Source: Blasia pusilla (lineage: Eukaryota). From it: DNA of 64,000 nucleotides. A program made the translations under genes and the position numbers. Positions 25,019 through 38,328 of this stretch are shown in pieces. The DNA lies in contig CM114271.1 of assembly GCA_050084515.1 (NCBI GenBank), positions 29,264,001 through 29,328,000 on the forward strand, given 5' to 3'. The notes beneath the pieces were generated by a model. That model worked only from the letters and a program-made list of their open reading frames with translations. It did not search any database and had not been told where the DNA came from. How positions within the stretch are numbered: the first letter of the stretch is position 1; each line of letters starts with the position of its first letter.

Positions 25019-25397
25019 ACCTCGCCTCTCAAAGTCCTGAAAGGATGTCGTGATGACCCTTGTGCCCCTCTCACACGATCACTCTCAATCTTGCGAGTAA
25101 TCACTCAATCCAACATGCGGCACTCAATCTACACTCTCTCACTGAGATATGTGTTGTGCGGCAACAAGCGGCGTGGTGCGGCAAATCATCTACTATCCTA
25201 TAATCTCATCAACAGGACACACCCTCAACTCTCGACATCTCATACAGGTCTATGTCCCCTTACCCAAACATCAATGATGCTCTCAGCATCAACACGAAAC
25301 TCAATATCCCAAATAACTGCCCAGTACCCGGAAATCCCTAACACGTGCAAGGCAAAAGACCAGAATGGATAACTTGACAACAAGTGTCAATGTCGGG

Positions 25398-25605
25398 CCC
25401 CTGCGCATATGCCAGTGACATGGGATCCCCTTTCAACTCCTATCGCTCAATTGATCACATCCCACGTAATTCAGTGTCCCTTGCGCATATGCCACTGACA
25501 TGGGATCCCCTTTCAACTCCTATCGCTCAATTGATCACAGCCCACGTAATTCAGCGTCCCCTACGCATATGCCAGTAATATGGAATCTCCTTTCAACTCC
25601 TATCA
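25398..25605. repeat. Tandem repeat, 80-bp unit, about 2.6 copies
   Basis: Units start CCCCTGCGCATATGCC / CCCTTGCGCATATGCC / CCCCTACGCATATGCC at about 25398, 25478 and 25558. Confidence 0.85.
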
Positions 25606-26799
25606 TTCAAATTTTCTCTACAGCAGCTCCCTCAGACTTCAAACTTAGCTCAACTCCAACGCCTCCACTTGCTCCACGGTCAAAATAGTAACCGATCAAG
25701 ATCCGTCTCTCCCTTCTCGATTCTAAAGCCTTTTATCGACTCTAAAGAATGATCAAAGGCTATTAGGTGTCTAGCTCCCTCTGGAGGACACGATTTAGCA
25801 CGTATAGGTGTCAAATCAAATCAAATCAAATTGACCACAAACTTTCAACCAATGGCACAAGTCAGCAAATAAACCGACTAGGATAGAGTCCCCAAAAAAT
25901 AGCTAGATTTTAAGAAAGGCTTCACTTCTTATAGAGAATGCATTTCTTCCGGTTCTTTTTCCTTTCTTCATATAGTAACCCCCCATGTTTCAATACGAGT
26001 ATAGATATATGAAAAAAATGACATAAAAGGAGATGTTGGAGCACAAAACAAAGGTGCTTACATTGGAGAGGTGTTCTTTTTTACGTTAATATGTCTTCTT
26101 GAAATATGTTGCGGAATTGGTGTATCAGTGATAACACCGAGTGGTTGCCTCTCCACGTCCAAAAATGACCCGATAACACTTGCCATCTACATAACACACC
26201 ACAAAACTATTAATTAAGTGTTTACATTTAATTCTCTCAGCAGTCTTGACCAATCGGAGAAAGAAGTAAAAAGAGAACGAAGAAAAATTAATGGGAAGAA
26301 AAAAGGAGAAACAGAGGGAAAGAGAAGGGAGAGAAAAGAATAGATTGCAAATCATAAAATTTTGGAAAGACTTTAAAAAAGAATTTAGGTTAGGTTAGGG
26401 ATAGGGTAAGTAACCTACCTAAGCATGAAATAAAAAGAGAGAAAAAAGGAAAAAAAAGAGAAAAAAGAAAGGGAGAGAAAAGAATAAAATTTAGTGTTTA
26501 AAAATCATTACGAAAATATAAAATAAGTTTTTTTTAATATTTTTTAATATTGTCGGATCCAAGATCTGGCTACGGTGTGATCTAACGGGCACCGTCAGAT
26601 CTTCGATCCGACGGTAATTTCGTCAACCCCCTCCCAACCTTCCTCTTCACCACCTTCAACCTTCCCGCTCTATCCCATCCCATTCCACTCCACTCATTAT
26701 GCTCCTTCTTTCTATCCACTCATTCCACTCATTATGCTCCTTCTTTCTATCATAGGTCTCTTTGAGACCCGTTTTCCCTGCCCGAGGTTGTTTCATAGG

Positions 26800-29410
26800 A
26801 TCCTCCATGCTATTTGGGATGAGCTTCGCCAGTCTTTCATCCTTCCCTTATCTAGGATTGCACTTGATCCTATGGATGAGCTCTCGTGGTATCTACTACT
26901 TCTCCTTCCACGATGATGTCTTCGCTATACCCGAGGAGGGAAGGCTGGCCATAGAGAGGTTGTGGCCCGATTGCGGTTCTTCCGAGGAGGTGATTGGGAG
27001 TCTCTGCAAAGTGAGTTAGTGGCATATGCCAGAGGTAGCACTCCACGTGGTCTCCCAGCAAAAAATCTTGTAGCGGCCAGATTTCGACGATGTAGGAGAC
27101 TTGGGAGAGCCGGGGAGTACTCGCGAGCGGCTCGTGCGCTCCACCCCATGGATATGGCTCCTCCTTCCATTGTTACCATCGACGCCCTCCGGAGACTACA
27201 CCCTTGTCCAGTGGTTAACATCCCAGCATTTGTATGTGACTTCCATCCTGACACGACCTTATGCCTAGACCCGTCCCTCTTTGCACAGGCACTTGGGCGT
27301 TCCCTTAGAATAGTAGCTGGAGGGTTGTCCGGTATGATGTACAAACACCTTCGTGATTTCTTTCCCTGCAAGGACTCTGCTAGCGACTTTTCCAAGTTGC
27401 TTGAGATTGCCTCTCACCTAGCTCAGGGGAGAGTGCCAACAGCAGTAGCCTAGGTATTGGGGGCGGGGCGACTTTTGGCGTTATCAAAGGAGGGTGGAGG
27501 GATCCGTCCGATTGCCATAGGGGAGGTGCTCTTGCGGTTGGTGAGTCGCACTATCGCTTTGCAGTTCCATGAGGCTTTCCAGTCACATCTGAGTCCGCAC
27601 CAATTCAGAGTTGCCACGCCAGCCGGTTGTGAGGCTGCAGCCTTAGGTTTGAGGGCTTGTTTAGATATACATCCCGAGTGGGTGGTTCTCCAAGTTGATG
27701 TGGAGAACGCCTTTAACTCAGTGTCTCGGGCAACTATCTTCACGGAGCTGACAGATGCAGGGGGTCCCATAGCGAGCCTGATTCCCTTCGTGCATGCTTT
27801 TTATGGGGACCCCTTGGCTCTCTATTTTTACCACGGTAGGTTCAAGGAGGAGGTCACGGTCTTGGAGGCGGCTACTGGGACGCGTCACGGTGATCCCTTG
27901 GGTGGTGCATTGTTTGCTTTGGCTCATTATCGAGCGGTTCTTTCTACGATGGAGGCTTTTCTAGGTTGCATTTTCCCTTCGTTGGCAGATGATACTCACA
28001 TTGTCGGCCCTGCAAACTTGGTTGTTCCTGCATTTCAGCACTTTTCAGCACAGTTGGCACACGTTGGCCTTGCGGTGAAGGTGGGAAAGTGCAAGGCTTG
28101 GTCTTCATTAGGCTTGTCAGCGGATATTCATTTACTCGACGGTTTTTTGACACCTGCTGGAGGGCTTCGCATCTTGGGAGTCCCACTCAGGAGCCAGGAC
28201 TTTGTATCGAGTTTTGTGGCGGCGGCTCTTACTAAGGATCTTCTTCATGTCGACGATCTCACGAGGATTGGAGACCCTCAAGTAGCTTATGGAATCCTCT
28301 CGTCATGTTTTGCCCGTAGACCTGGTTATCTGTGTAGAACCGTGTGGGCGACTAGCCATATTACTTCCTTGTATAGATCCTTTGATAGAAAGATTATGCA
28401 AGGATTTGGGGATCTTCTAGGACCCGACTCATTAGAGTGCCCCGCGGGGGAGTTAGCTCGTAGACAGGCTTCTTGGCCGATTGCCTTTGGTGCAATAGGT
28501 CTCATAGCGACTGAGTTAGTGGCGTCTTCACCCTTTTTAGGGAGTTGGGCCATTGTAGCACCCCTCCTTTGCTCCCGATTTTTGGTTAGAAATAGACCCC
28601 TACTTTTACAGTACGTTTCCTAGGTCGAGGATGGTCTTTTCCCACTTTAGTCTTCACTCACAGCTTGTAGAGACTCCCTTCTTGTTGAGGCTAGAGCAAT
28701 TCTTCCCACTTTCTCTTCCCTAGTTACCTCCGGACAGTATGGGCTCCAATCTTCTTTGATGGAAGCCCACTTTGATGCATTGTTTAGAGCTACTATGTTG
28801 GACGGGAATATCCCCATGGAGGTTCGGGCCCGTATTTGCTCTTCCTCCATGAAAGGGGCAGGCTCATGGGTGGGGGCTCATCCCCTCATCCCGGCTTTCT
28901 GCATTGCACCACTTACCTACACTACAGCGATGAGGTTCCCAATGGGCCTGCCCCAACCAACGGTGGTTGGTTCGACACATTGCGAGTGTCATCGGAGTCT
29001 GGATCCACTTGGTGTGCATTTGGCACGGTGTCCAGTTGGGGGTGAGAGGATTGCCACTCACAATGCAGTGCGGGATATTCTGTTCTCTATTGCTTGGGAG
29101 AGTGGATTCCATGTACAAAGAGAGAGGCACTACTCCATGTGGGATTCCCTTATCCGTGCTAATCTCTACATGACGAGGGAGTCTGAGGTGGTGGTAGCGG
29201 ATGTTGTAGTGACGGATCCTACACGGGAGGCGGTGCGAGCCCAAGTGGTAGCACAAGGGAGATTGCTACAAGGAGCGGCGGCGGTCAAGAAGACCCACAT
29301 TTATAGTCGACTTCATGACGGACATCGATTTATCCCCCTAGCCATTGAGATGTACGGGGCGATGGGGGAGAAGTTTGACTCGTTCCTTACGGATTGCGCC
29401 CATCCTCTCT
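26800..29410 (+). mobile_element. CRE-clade-like non-LTR retrotransposon (RT, CCHC, restriction-like endonuclease)
   Basis: ORFs 26962, 27457 and 28756 share one frame, broken only by stops. RT motifs: GIRPIAIGEVLLRL, HQFRVATPAGCE, VDVENAFNSVSR, GTRHGDPLG, LADDTHIVG, LRILGVPL. C-terminus: CECHRSLDPLGVHLARC, HNAVRD, RANL..VVADVVVTDP..K...Y..FIPLAIEMYG. Confidence 0.85.
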
Positions 29411-32245
29411 GGTGGAGCGACACCGTACCGAGCGCCCACCACGCTCGGTACGGTGTCGCGGCTATGTGCCCTCCTCGCGCATGCTTTTTCATGGCTACAA
29501 CTCCTCCGTGGTGTCGTCTCATGATCATCCACATGGTACCTCTATGTGCTCTCGTGCTAACCACAGCTCCTAGTTGAGACTATGTCGTGCCCTTGATCCT
29601 CTTGTCTTGCCCAAGTTTATGCTTCTTTGTGCTCCCGTGCTTGTTGCGGCTCCTTGCTCAGAGTAAACGCCGTGGCTCCTTGCTGCGACTACGCAGTGTT
29701 GTTACTCACTCCTCCTTGCGGGAACGGAGAGGCAATATAGCCCTTTCCTGTCAAGCTTGTGCTTGCTTCTACCTTGGCTCTCGAGCTTGTGCTTTCTTGT
29801 GAATCTAGATGCTTCCTTTCCTCTACTCTCACATTTGCGTCCCAATCTCCTTGCTCCTCAAGATGCCGTTTCTTTGAGTCATGTGCCACGAAAGGTAGAT
29901 TTGCGCCAAGGGGCTGGGGCTTTTAGAGTATAGGTTTGTTCTTGGCCTATTGATGAGTTTTGTCTTTGCATTTGGGTGGGGTTCACATTGGCATTTCTTC
30001 TGCTTCTTGACCAATTGATCAGAGTGTCCTTTCCTAGTCTAGGGTTGTTCTACTGAGGGCATTTCAAGGAATTGTAAGCATCATTTCCTCACTTCTAAAT
30101 CTTTGTCTTTCTCTTAGCCCTTATACTCCTTATTGGCTTTCCTATTGAAATGTTCCATTCCCAAATTTTTGCTCTACAACATTACTCCCTTATCGCTTGT
30201 GGTTGATTCTAAGTAGTGTAGAGTACCAAGAAGAGTACTTTTAGACAAGTGGGGGAGACGTGGTAACCATGGTTGATTCTAAGTAGTGTAGAGTACTCAA
30301 GAAGAGTTCTTTAGAGAGGTGGGGGAAATGTTGTTACCACACATTCAAGCAGAGTGACTATCAGCAAAGCTTTCATTTCCAACCAAGCTTTCATTTCCAA
30401 ATAAGCTTTACATGTTAGCCAATCTTGCTTTCTATTCCCGATCTATAGACTTGGAATTTTCCTCACTCCAAGTCTGGTAGGAAAGCAATCTCAATGTTAA
30501 TTACTACACCTTCACACTTTTTCCCTCTCTAAGGAATTTTTTTAGTCTCACATGTATGTGGGTTATTTAGATCTAATGGGCACGTTTAGGTGAACCAAAG
30601 ACCTACTCTAAAAAGCATATTGTGGTGTGGGGTTTTGAGACATTTTTTCACAGATGCTGCTTCAAATATGCATTCTCTTTCGTTGTAGGGCCTCTTGAGG
30701 TGATATTGGGGGCTCCCTTGGACTTCTATTTGAACATTTTTTTTCAACCCCTCAACTTGGTTAGAAAAATATCCTTTGTTTGATAATGAAGACTCTCCCC
30801 CATCGAAAAAAGAGTGTCCTTTATCGTGTCTTTGAACCGTGGAGCATGCTTGGGGCTGAATTTTTTCCCCCAAGGAGGGATAATGCCAAAGTGTGATTTC
30901 TTCCACTTGGTCAGACGCACACAGTCCTTTGAGAGATGGGACACCATTTGCAACTCTCCAATGGTTGGAGATTGGTAGGCTTTACACCATAATGCTTCTT
31001 CGATGAAGTGACTTTGGATTCCCTCTCCCTATGTGGATTTCTTTGAGGTTATTATGATTGCCATGTTGGTCTTTTCTGTAGCTTCGATATGTTTTGCATG
31101 AATGTTGGGAGTAGGCTAGGAGTTTTATTCCACTTGAGAGAAGATTTCTCCCAAGTGGAAGAAACCAGAGGTGACTCGAGAGCGCAACTAGAGTTGGAAC
31201 TAAACGTGGAGCAACTTCCAAATTGAAAGCTATTGAAGACGGGAGGTGACTCAATAGGGCAACTGGATTTGAAACTGAACTTGGAGGAATGGTCAACCCG
31301 GCAGCTAGTAGAGACAAGAGGTGACTTAGGAGCTCTTGGAGAAAGTTGAGTTGAGTTGAACTGATAGTCAAGCTGGCGGAATGTTCAGTCCGGAAGCTGC
31401 TAGAGACAGGAGGCGACTCAAGAGCTTCTTGAAAAGCTAAATTGGAACCTCGAGCTGCTCAACTTGTGGACTTCTTGGAATTCACAAACCACATGATTAT
31501 GAGAGTAGATTGTGCATAGGCCTAGCATAATTGTATCTTGCATAAGGATATGAATAGAACTTTGTAACTCTTAGAGAGAACAAAGTGGTAATCATCTGGA
31601 AAAATGAATAAAGTTCTGTATCAACTCTCAATGGTAAAAATTTGGTTCAAGTAAAGTGTTACCTGAGTATGTGAGTATGTGGAAGTGCGCAAGGTATATT
31701 CTCATGAGTTTCTACTTTGAATGCAATGTATAAATACAGTCAACTCTACACAGTTCCCAAGAACACGGAAATCCTAAAGACCACCTCACAACTCTTTGGG
31801 GAGGGAAAGAGCTTCTTCATCAACGGACCTCCCTTGGTACAATCATAACTATCACCAAGACAAAATTTACATGTTTGAAAAAAAATGTTATAAAATATTG
31901 CGGAGGCTTCAAAAAACCTAAAGTGTTTGACCCAAAAAAACCCTAAATTTCTTAACACACACCTACAAAGCTATACTAAGACCCCAAACCAAAGATGAAT
32001 TTGGTTAGCTAAAATTTCCAGGTGGCGTAAGGAGAGGTGTGTGCGCAGGGAGAAGGCACTTTCCCATAATAGTACAGATTCATGGCGTTTAAATCGTGAA
32101 TTCAATTTTTTTCATACAATTCTTTCTTCCTACAATATTTTGTCCATTGCCCAACCTTCCGAGGCCTTCCAACTTGAGACCGGTGCATAGCACATAGTAG
32201 AGAAGCTTCCTCTTGCGGGTTCTTTTTGAAAAAGGGTTTCGCAAG

Positions 32246-32584
32246 CATGGTTGCACTAAAACGGACAAGTTCTTCCTTAGGACGGACATGGACGTACGGA
32301 CAATTCTGGAGATGTCTACGGATATGGTTTCCAAGAGGTGGGACCCACACTTTTAGTCCATCATGGAAGGCAAGGCAAGGCAAGGATGAGAGGAGCAATG
32401 AGGAAGGAGGGAGTAGAGGTGGACGGAGGAAGAAATGGGAGAGTATGGAACACAAAGGTAAGTAAGGGGAATGAGAAAGAAGGAAAAGGTGGGGCCCACA
32501 CGGACAAGTCCTTCCATAGGACAGACATAAGTCCACGGACATGGACATGTCTACAGACACAGACTTTGTCCGCAAGCAACCTTG
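32246..32584. mobile_element. hAT-type MITE, 339 bp
   Basis: TIRs CATGGTTGC../..GCAACCTTG, perfect 8-bp TSD TTCGCAAG (32238-32245 and 32585-32592), GGACA-rich subterminal motifs. Related ends occur at about 35460-35540, 42480-43030, 47735-47762 and 61076-61843. Confidence 0.85.
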
Positions 32585-32829
32585 TTCGCAAGTAATAGAA
32601 AAAAATTATATCTTTTTATGTGAGTATATAAGTCCAAATGACTCTCATTTGGAATTTGTTAATTTTTTTGGGTAGATTTTAAAATATTTTATTTTATTTA
32701 TGTAAAATTTATTTTAGTGAGATTTTATATGGAAATGATCTTCAATCCCATATTATTATTTTTCAACATTATGCATATATTGGGTATCACTTTTTATATT
32801 TTTTTATTCTTAAGAAACACAAATGGATA

Positions 32830-35240
32830 AAACATGGATGGCATTATTCTCGTAAGCTTGAACATACAAGGATCATTATAAACAAAAGCATTGCAATTGC
32901 AACGATGCCACAAACTCCTATTGTCACAATGCTTGATTCACAAGAAGAAATGGAGAAAGCTAAGATCAAGAAATTTGCTTCATGTAAGTTTTACACATCG
33001 TAAATCCTAAAATATGGTGATTTTGCATTATTCAAGGGTATTAAGTGTGATGATTTTGATGAGTCCTATTATCATTCTCTAGTTTAAATTTTGAGGCTTC
33101 TAAAATCTCTAAAACCTTCTACTCACATAAAACTGAAGAATTATGTGAGTAGAAGGTTTTAGAGGCTATTATCATTCTCTTGTTTTGAGGAACTCACATA
33201 AAATTGAAGATTTTGTGGAATAAAGAGAAAGAGATAATTTTCTTTGATATATAAAGATTGCCATATATTTTCACCATTGAAATCAAGGCAATGTGAGTCA
33301 AGATAAGTGATACCTTCTTGCCATTTGTTTGAAAGAGAAGAGCAATGTTAACCTACCATATGAGCCTCAGACTTTGAGAAATAAACTTGATGGCCTAGGA
33401 AAAAAGTACAAGAGTTAGAAGTTCCAACTTCTAAGATGAAGTCAAGGTCATAGGTGCTAAGCCAAATGACTAGGAGTATTACCCTCAAATGCATATGATC
33501 AAGGGTTCTACATATATCTTAGTTTCTCACTTATAAGATCATTATTTGTTGATCTCGTAAAACTTAGTGAGGAGAATGAGGTATATATAGAATCTGATCC
33601 AACAAATGATCCATCAATACAATCACCAAAAGTGGAGCTAGTAGTAATGGATCGATGTAACATATCTATTAAAAGTTCAAATAAAATTCCATCAATCATT
33701 GAGAGTTCAAGAAGCAAAGCATGCTCTCAACTATACGTAGAAGGAAGACCAAAAAAAAAACAAGAAGTCTCGAGATATGAGTGAGATTAATTCTTCTCTA
33801 CAATGAATACGTTTATTCAAGTTTTCAAAGATACAAGTCACTAAGAAGAAGGCCCAACAAGAAGTTGGGACTTATGTCTTGAATACTTGAGGTTCAGCCC
33901 AAGGAGCTCGAGTTGGAAAAGAAGAAGCTCAATAGATCGTTGTCTTCTACTACAAATGCTAAAAATTGAGTAAGTAAATACTTTTTAAAATATATCTTAT
34001 CACTCAAGTAAGCATGTGTATCTTAGAATTTTTTGAAAAATTCCACTCTTATTGACTCACCTATGCTTCTTCTTCTCACGTCAATTGCTAATCGTGGAAG
34101 TGAATTGAGATCTCTGGCATTCAATCTTTCACTGACATTGCTTATATCATGTGGTAAGGGCTCTCCATGTAGGATACAAAAGTCATGCAAGAGTCACTTT
34201 AGATACACTTTCAAGGCTCATTGGATAATCTCTGAAATTTTTTTATCTACCTTTTAATTAAGTGGCCAAAAGTATTCTCTATAGTTACTATTGCCTTTAA
34301 TGTTTGTCGATCGAAGATGTTGTGCATTGGATCTCCTTCATGTGAATGTCGATGAAATTGCTTCAATAACCATGGTCAAAGTGGTTAGGCTATATCCTCA
34401 AGTACTATAGGGGGTATAACTTGCTCACCTCCATCTCCAAGTCGCAAAGTAATTTATGGTTGAGTAAGAGCTTGCTGATTTTCAATGCACTAAAAAATAT
34501 TGGATTGTCTTAAATATGCAGCATTGTGAGTGAAGCCCATGCAAGATTGTACAATGTTGGATCAACATCACAAACCCCTTGGAGAAGAAAATAATAGTTA
34601 GAATGGCGATTCCTATATTATTGAAGAAAGAATTTCATGGCACGTTTAATTCATCGATCAATGGCTCCTTTAATTTGTGAAATATCACATATATGTTGCT
34701 ATTTTCTCATTTGTTCTTTCATTTCATTAATATCTGGCCATCTCATCTATTCTAAGTATAGTTTATAGTTATTAGTGAGAATATATGGTATTTACAATTG
34801 AAGTATATTTGACAATAGTAGACCCAATACCAATTTGGACAATTTTGGTGAATTCAAACATTTCTGGATTTTGGACTCCTTCAATGATTTTGATTTCCTT
34901 GAAGTTGTGCTTCCAAGAAAAATGAAGACTTAAGTCCATTTAGATGTGAACCCTGAATCTTCCCCACAATAATAGGTCCACTCATCTTCTTTTGCAAGCA
35001 AACGAGTCTTTTTTTACAATGAGGGTCATAATAGGAAGATGAAATGTTCCAGAATCTTTTTGAAAATGTATATTTTGCAACTTTTTCTGGACATCTTGGT
35101 TGTATGATGGCTTGACATTGAGACAATGACAATTTTTCCATAACTATGCCAAATTGGCAAAGACCATCTTGCAATAAAAAATTCAAATATTTTCTCAGAT
35201 GTACTTGCGTGACTAGAGAGAAAAATAGTTTTTTCATTTG
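32830..35240 (-). pseudogene. Highly decayed PIF/Harbinger-like element: DDE transposase on minus (about 34050-35240), possible Myb/SANT-like ORF on plus (about 32830-33900)
   Basis: Minus-strand remnants WPDINEMKE, IKGAID, YRNRH, LQGVCD and IENTFGHL fall in the expected HARBI1-type order; the plus strand has an EYYPQMH trihelix-like remnant. Confidence 0.55.
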
Positions 35241-35599
35241 TGTGTCCTTCTAGTCATGTCCTCTAGTCAAGAAACATCTCAAACACCTCCATAAACGGAT
35301 TAGGACCACATCCCATGGATACCACAAATTGGAAACCTTGCTGAGACTAAACGTGTATTTTGATCCGAGCTCACCCTAGAGCCCGCTAGGTAGACCCGAT
35401 CTGAAACAGCCTGGATCTACGCGGCGGGCTTGGGTGCGGGCCGTGGGTTCTCGGGCCTGGACGGACATATCCATCCATAGAACAAACACGAGAACGAACA
35501 TAAGCCCGCAGACATGGACTTTGTCCATGTGCAACACTATTCGAGACAACCCTCACACGGAGACTCTCAAAACCTCAACCCACTCCACATAAACCCTTT

Positions 35600-36019
35600 A
35601 GGGTTACTCTCAGCTTACTATCTCGGCAACGTACTCAAGGTCCTAAAAGGATGATGATGATCCTTGTGCATGATAAATGATTTTTTGATGAATAAATTCG
35701 AAAACCTGGTTTAGATATTGTTTTCATTTTTTTATTACACCTATTCCAGAAGAATGATACTTTAAGACTATTCTCAAGCTTAAATCGCTTCCTCGAGAGA
35801 ATCCGTGAATATAACCCTCATTGTACAAAATTCTACAAAAATCCCAACAAAGACGCTAAACGAAAACACGAGGCATAATTTTACAAGCGAGAAGAGCGGA
35901 CAAAGTTTTTTTTTTTTTTTCTCTTGCTTATTTTTTTGAAAGAGGAAAAATAAAGAACACGCTTTTGAGCTTTTTTGCGCATTTTTTATACTAGATAAAA
36001 GATTACTTAATGTATGCAT
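35600..36019 (-). pseudogene. rps8: Mitochondrial ribosomal protein S8 (NUMT, frameshifted, 3'-degraded)
   Basis: MHTLSNLLSSIKNAQK..LRIVLKYHSSGIGVIKKMKTISKPGFRIYSSKN. Confidence 0.85.
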
Positions 36020-36562
36020 AAAAAAATATTTTTTTCGATTTTTTCCAACAAAGATTTTGACTTTGCGCCTCATGGGGCGTTTTATTTATTTTTTATTAAG
36101 AGACATATATCTAAATTGGTGGTTTCACCTCTCCTGGGGGTCGATAGCTTAAGCCCTTTTTTGTCCTGACGGCCCCCCAGGGCCCTTTGTTTTGTTGGAC
36201 AGTATTTTGGTTTTGTGGTGTTCGACAAAACAAAGTCCAGTGGCCCTAAAATTTATTTTTTTCAAATGCAGAGCACCTCTCCCTATAGTCTCGTGCCCTC
36301 CGGGCCACAAAGTGCGAGCACCTCTCCTTATAGTCATCTCGTGCCTTTGGCGGCCGAGGGTTCGGAAAAATATTTGTTTTTCACTCTATTCCTAATTCAA
36401 CTATTAGATTTTTTGTGTAGAAAGTTTAGCGTAGTAAACAAATTTTGAATCATAACAGAGAAAAAACGTATTTTATTCTCTGAGCGCCCGTATACTACGG
36501 CAAGGTTGAGGGGCAAGTAAAGACCTATGGGTACCTTGAAAAGCTAACCTTTGTTTTATTGG

Positions 36563-37764
36563 CTACCAACACGATTTGTTTATACCTATTAAAGAACCTT
36601 TAGAAGCTAGTTCACGAAAAACTATACGAGAAATGCGAAATAACTTATATACGGAACGAGGGCGCCCTGTGAAAATATACCGGTTTCTTACTTGTGTTTT
36701 GGAACTATTTCTTGGCAACTTAGAAAACTTGAAAAAATATTCATAACGGTTACAGTAGACGTGGAATTTCCTCTGATGCCCCTGATTCAAAACCGTATGT
36801 GATAGTCTCCCATCATACGGCTCTTTGCACCCAGATTGAAAAATTATTACAACTTAAAGACACGTTGTGTCTCTCATCTTCAATTTTGAAGCATATATGT
36901 TGACTTTTTTTTCTCCTTTCGGATGCATGGACACTTTAGCATATCCCGATCATAACAACCGGGCAAAAATAATTTTTTTTCAACTTTTTGCCCTATCCTA
37001 ATCCTACACACCATAAGGTTAGCCCCCGCCTGAGTGTAAGCTCAGAGTGCGCAAGATTACACAGTTCCGAGATTCCATTCATCCTTTTGGATTGAGTCGT
37101 AAGGCTCCCGCTCTACGCCGGAGGCGCACTCAAAGAACGGGAAAGGGCAGAAAAATCCTTTCCCTTGGCCTCTGTCTAATATTCTAGACGCGGGGGGTCT
37201 CCTATATAATAGGAGTAGGAAGCAATACCACCCCCGCTTTCCTATTACGACGCTTTAGATGCTACGGCTCAGTAATTAGCCTTTGTAGGTAGAATAACCA
37301 CCCTCTAGTATTCACCCAGACAATACCCTTTGGGTATTTGTCACGTCCTTGCTAGAGATTATTCGTTCCCCACTTCCAAGGGGGCAAAACCCGCTTATCC
37401 CCGGGGGGGGCGGGGGAAGACTACGGAAAAGGCTTTACAATTTCCGGGTTCTTCATCCCTTTTCTACCCAGCTTCACACCTTTGGATGCCACTCCAAACG
37501 CATGTGGGTACGCTGTTACCCTGTTCTCAAGGGAGAAGGACTTTCACCTTCATGGAAACTCAGTTCACTCACTCCGCCATCCGAGTGCGGATGAATGCGG
37601 AATAGAGCGCATAGGCGTGACTCAACATCTTGACCTGTGAACAGGTCGCACTATCTTATTAGGAAGATTTCTATCTTGACAAATGGCTTTATAATGCATT
37701 CGTTTTAATTCATATTTAGCCACAAGCAATCACGTTTGTGATCTCGTATAATTTGCTTTGACAT
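36563..37764 (-). pseudogene. rps14: Mitochondrial rps14 (exon 1 37764-37652, exon 2 36748-36563)
   Basis: MSKQIIRDHK..AKYELKRMHYKAICQDRNLPNKI | RYEYFFK.SKLPRNSSKTQVRNR.IFTGRPRSVYKLFRISRIVFRELASKGSLIGINKSCW. Exon 1 has a 1-bp deletion. Confidence 0.92.
36749..37651 (-). ncRNA. Group II intron in rps14 (rps14i114 position), 903 bp
   Basis: 5' GTGCG at 37651, domain V GAGCCGTATGATGGGAGACTATCACATACGGTT, 3' end ..CTACTGTAAC. Confidence 0.9.
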
Positions 37765-37768
37765 ATGA

Positions 37769-38328
37769 CTAAACCTCTTTTGCAAAAAGCCACTCCACAA
37801 AATTGATCTCATCTTGTGTGTTGGCTGAAGTGACAATAGTTACATCAAACCTCGAATATGCTCAAAAATCTCAAAATGATCTTGTATTTCCGAAATAATC
37901 GTGAATAACGACGTTGCCATTGATAATTGAATGGAGTTTTTTTGTATTTTGATTTGGATAATCGTAAAAAGATATTATCGTAACAAGTTTTTCCAAGAAA
38001 TTATACATGATATGCCCTCGTAGAGTGCTTCGTGCTAGGTAAGTTACATATCCCTGTGTCTCTCTTGGACTCTGATTTAATACAAATTTATTGAATCAAA
38101 CGACTTTCTGTCGAACCTCTACTTCTTGTCTATATGAATTTTTGACCACAAACAATTTCCATAGCTAATTTAACATTCTTTATGAAATTTGAGGGTGCCT
38201 TTGGAACTACTATTATTTTACACAACTGGGAACTTCCATTATGTTTTCATAATTAATTTTTAGCAAAACATCCGGACGTATTACCGATTGTAATGAAACT
38301 CAAGTCTATTTCTATTTGGAGAGAACGT
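37769..38328 (-). pseudogene. rpl5: Mitochondrial ribosomal protein L5 (NUMT, frameshifted, ACG at start position)
   Basis: (ACG)[50 protein letters not shown]. Confidence 0.85.

Larger units (their letters stand above)
18670..25900 (-). mobile_element. Ty3/gypsy copy C: LTR remnant-gag-PR-DNMT-RT-RNase H; 3'-truncated before integrase
   Basis: Ordered domains on the minus strand (see sub-features). Leader 25019-25385 matches 12140-12510 of copy B. The right boundary is approximate. Confidence 0.9.

Noticed and set aside
25398-25605. CRISPR-like array
   Set aside because: Whole 80-bp units repeat without unique spacers; eukaryotic context, no cas genes.
29460-31500. Minus-strand ORF fragments and a 70-bp tandem duplication (about 30199-30340)
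   Set aside because: Probably decayed TE sequence, but no recognisable domain.
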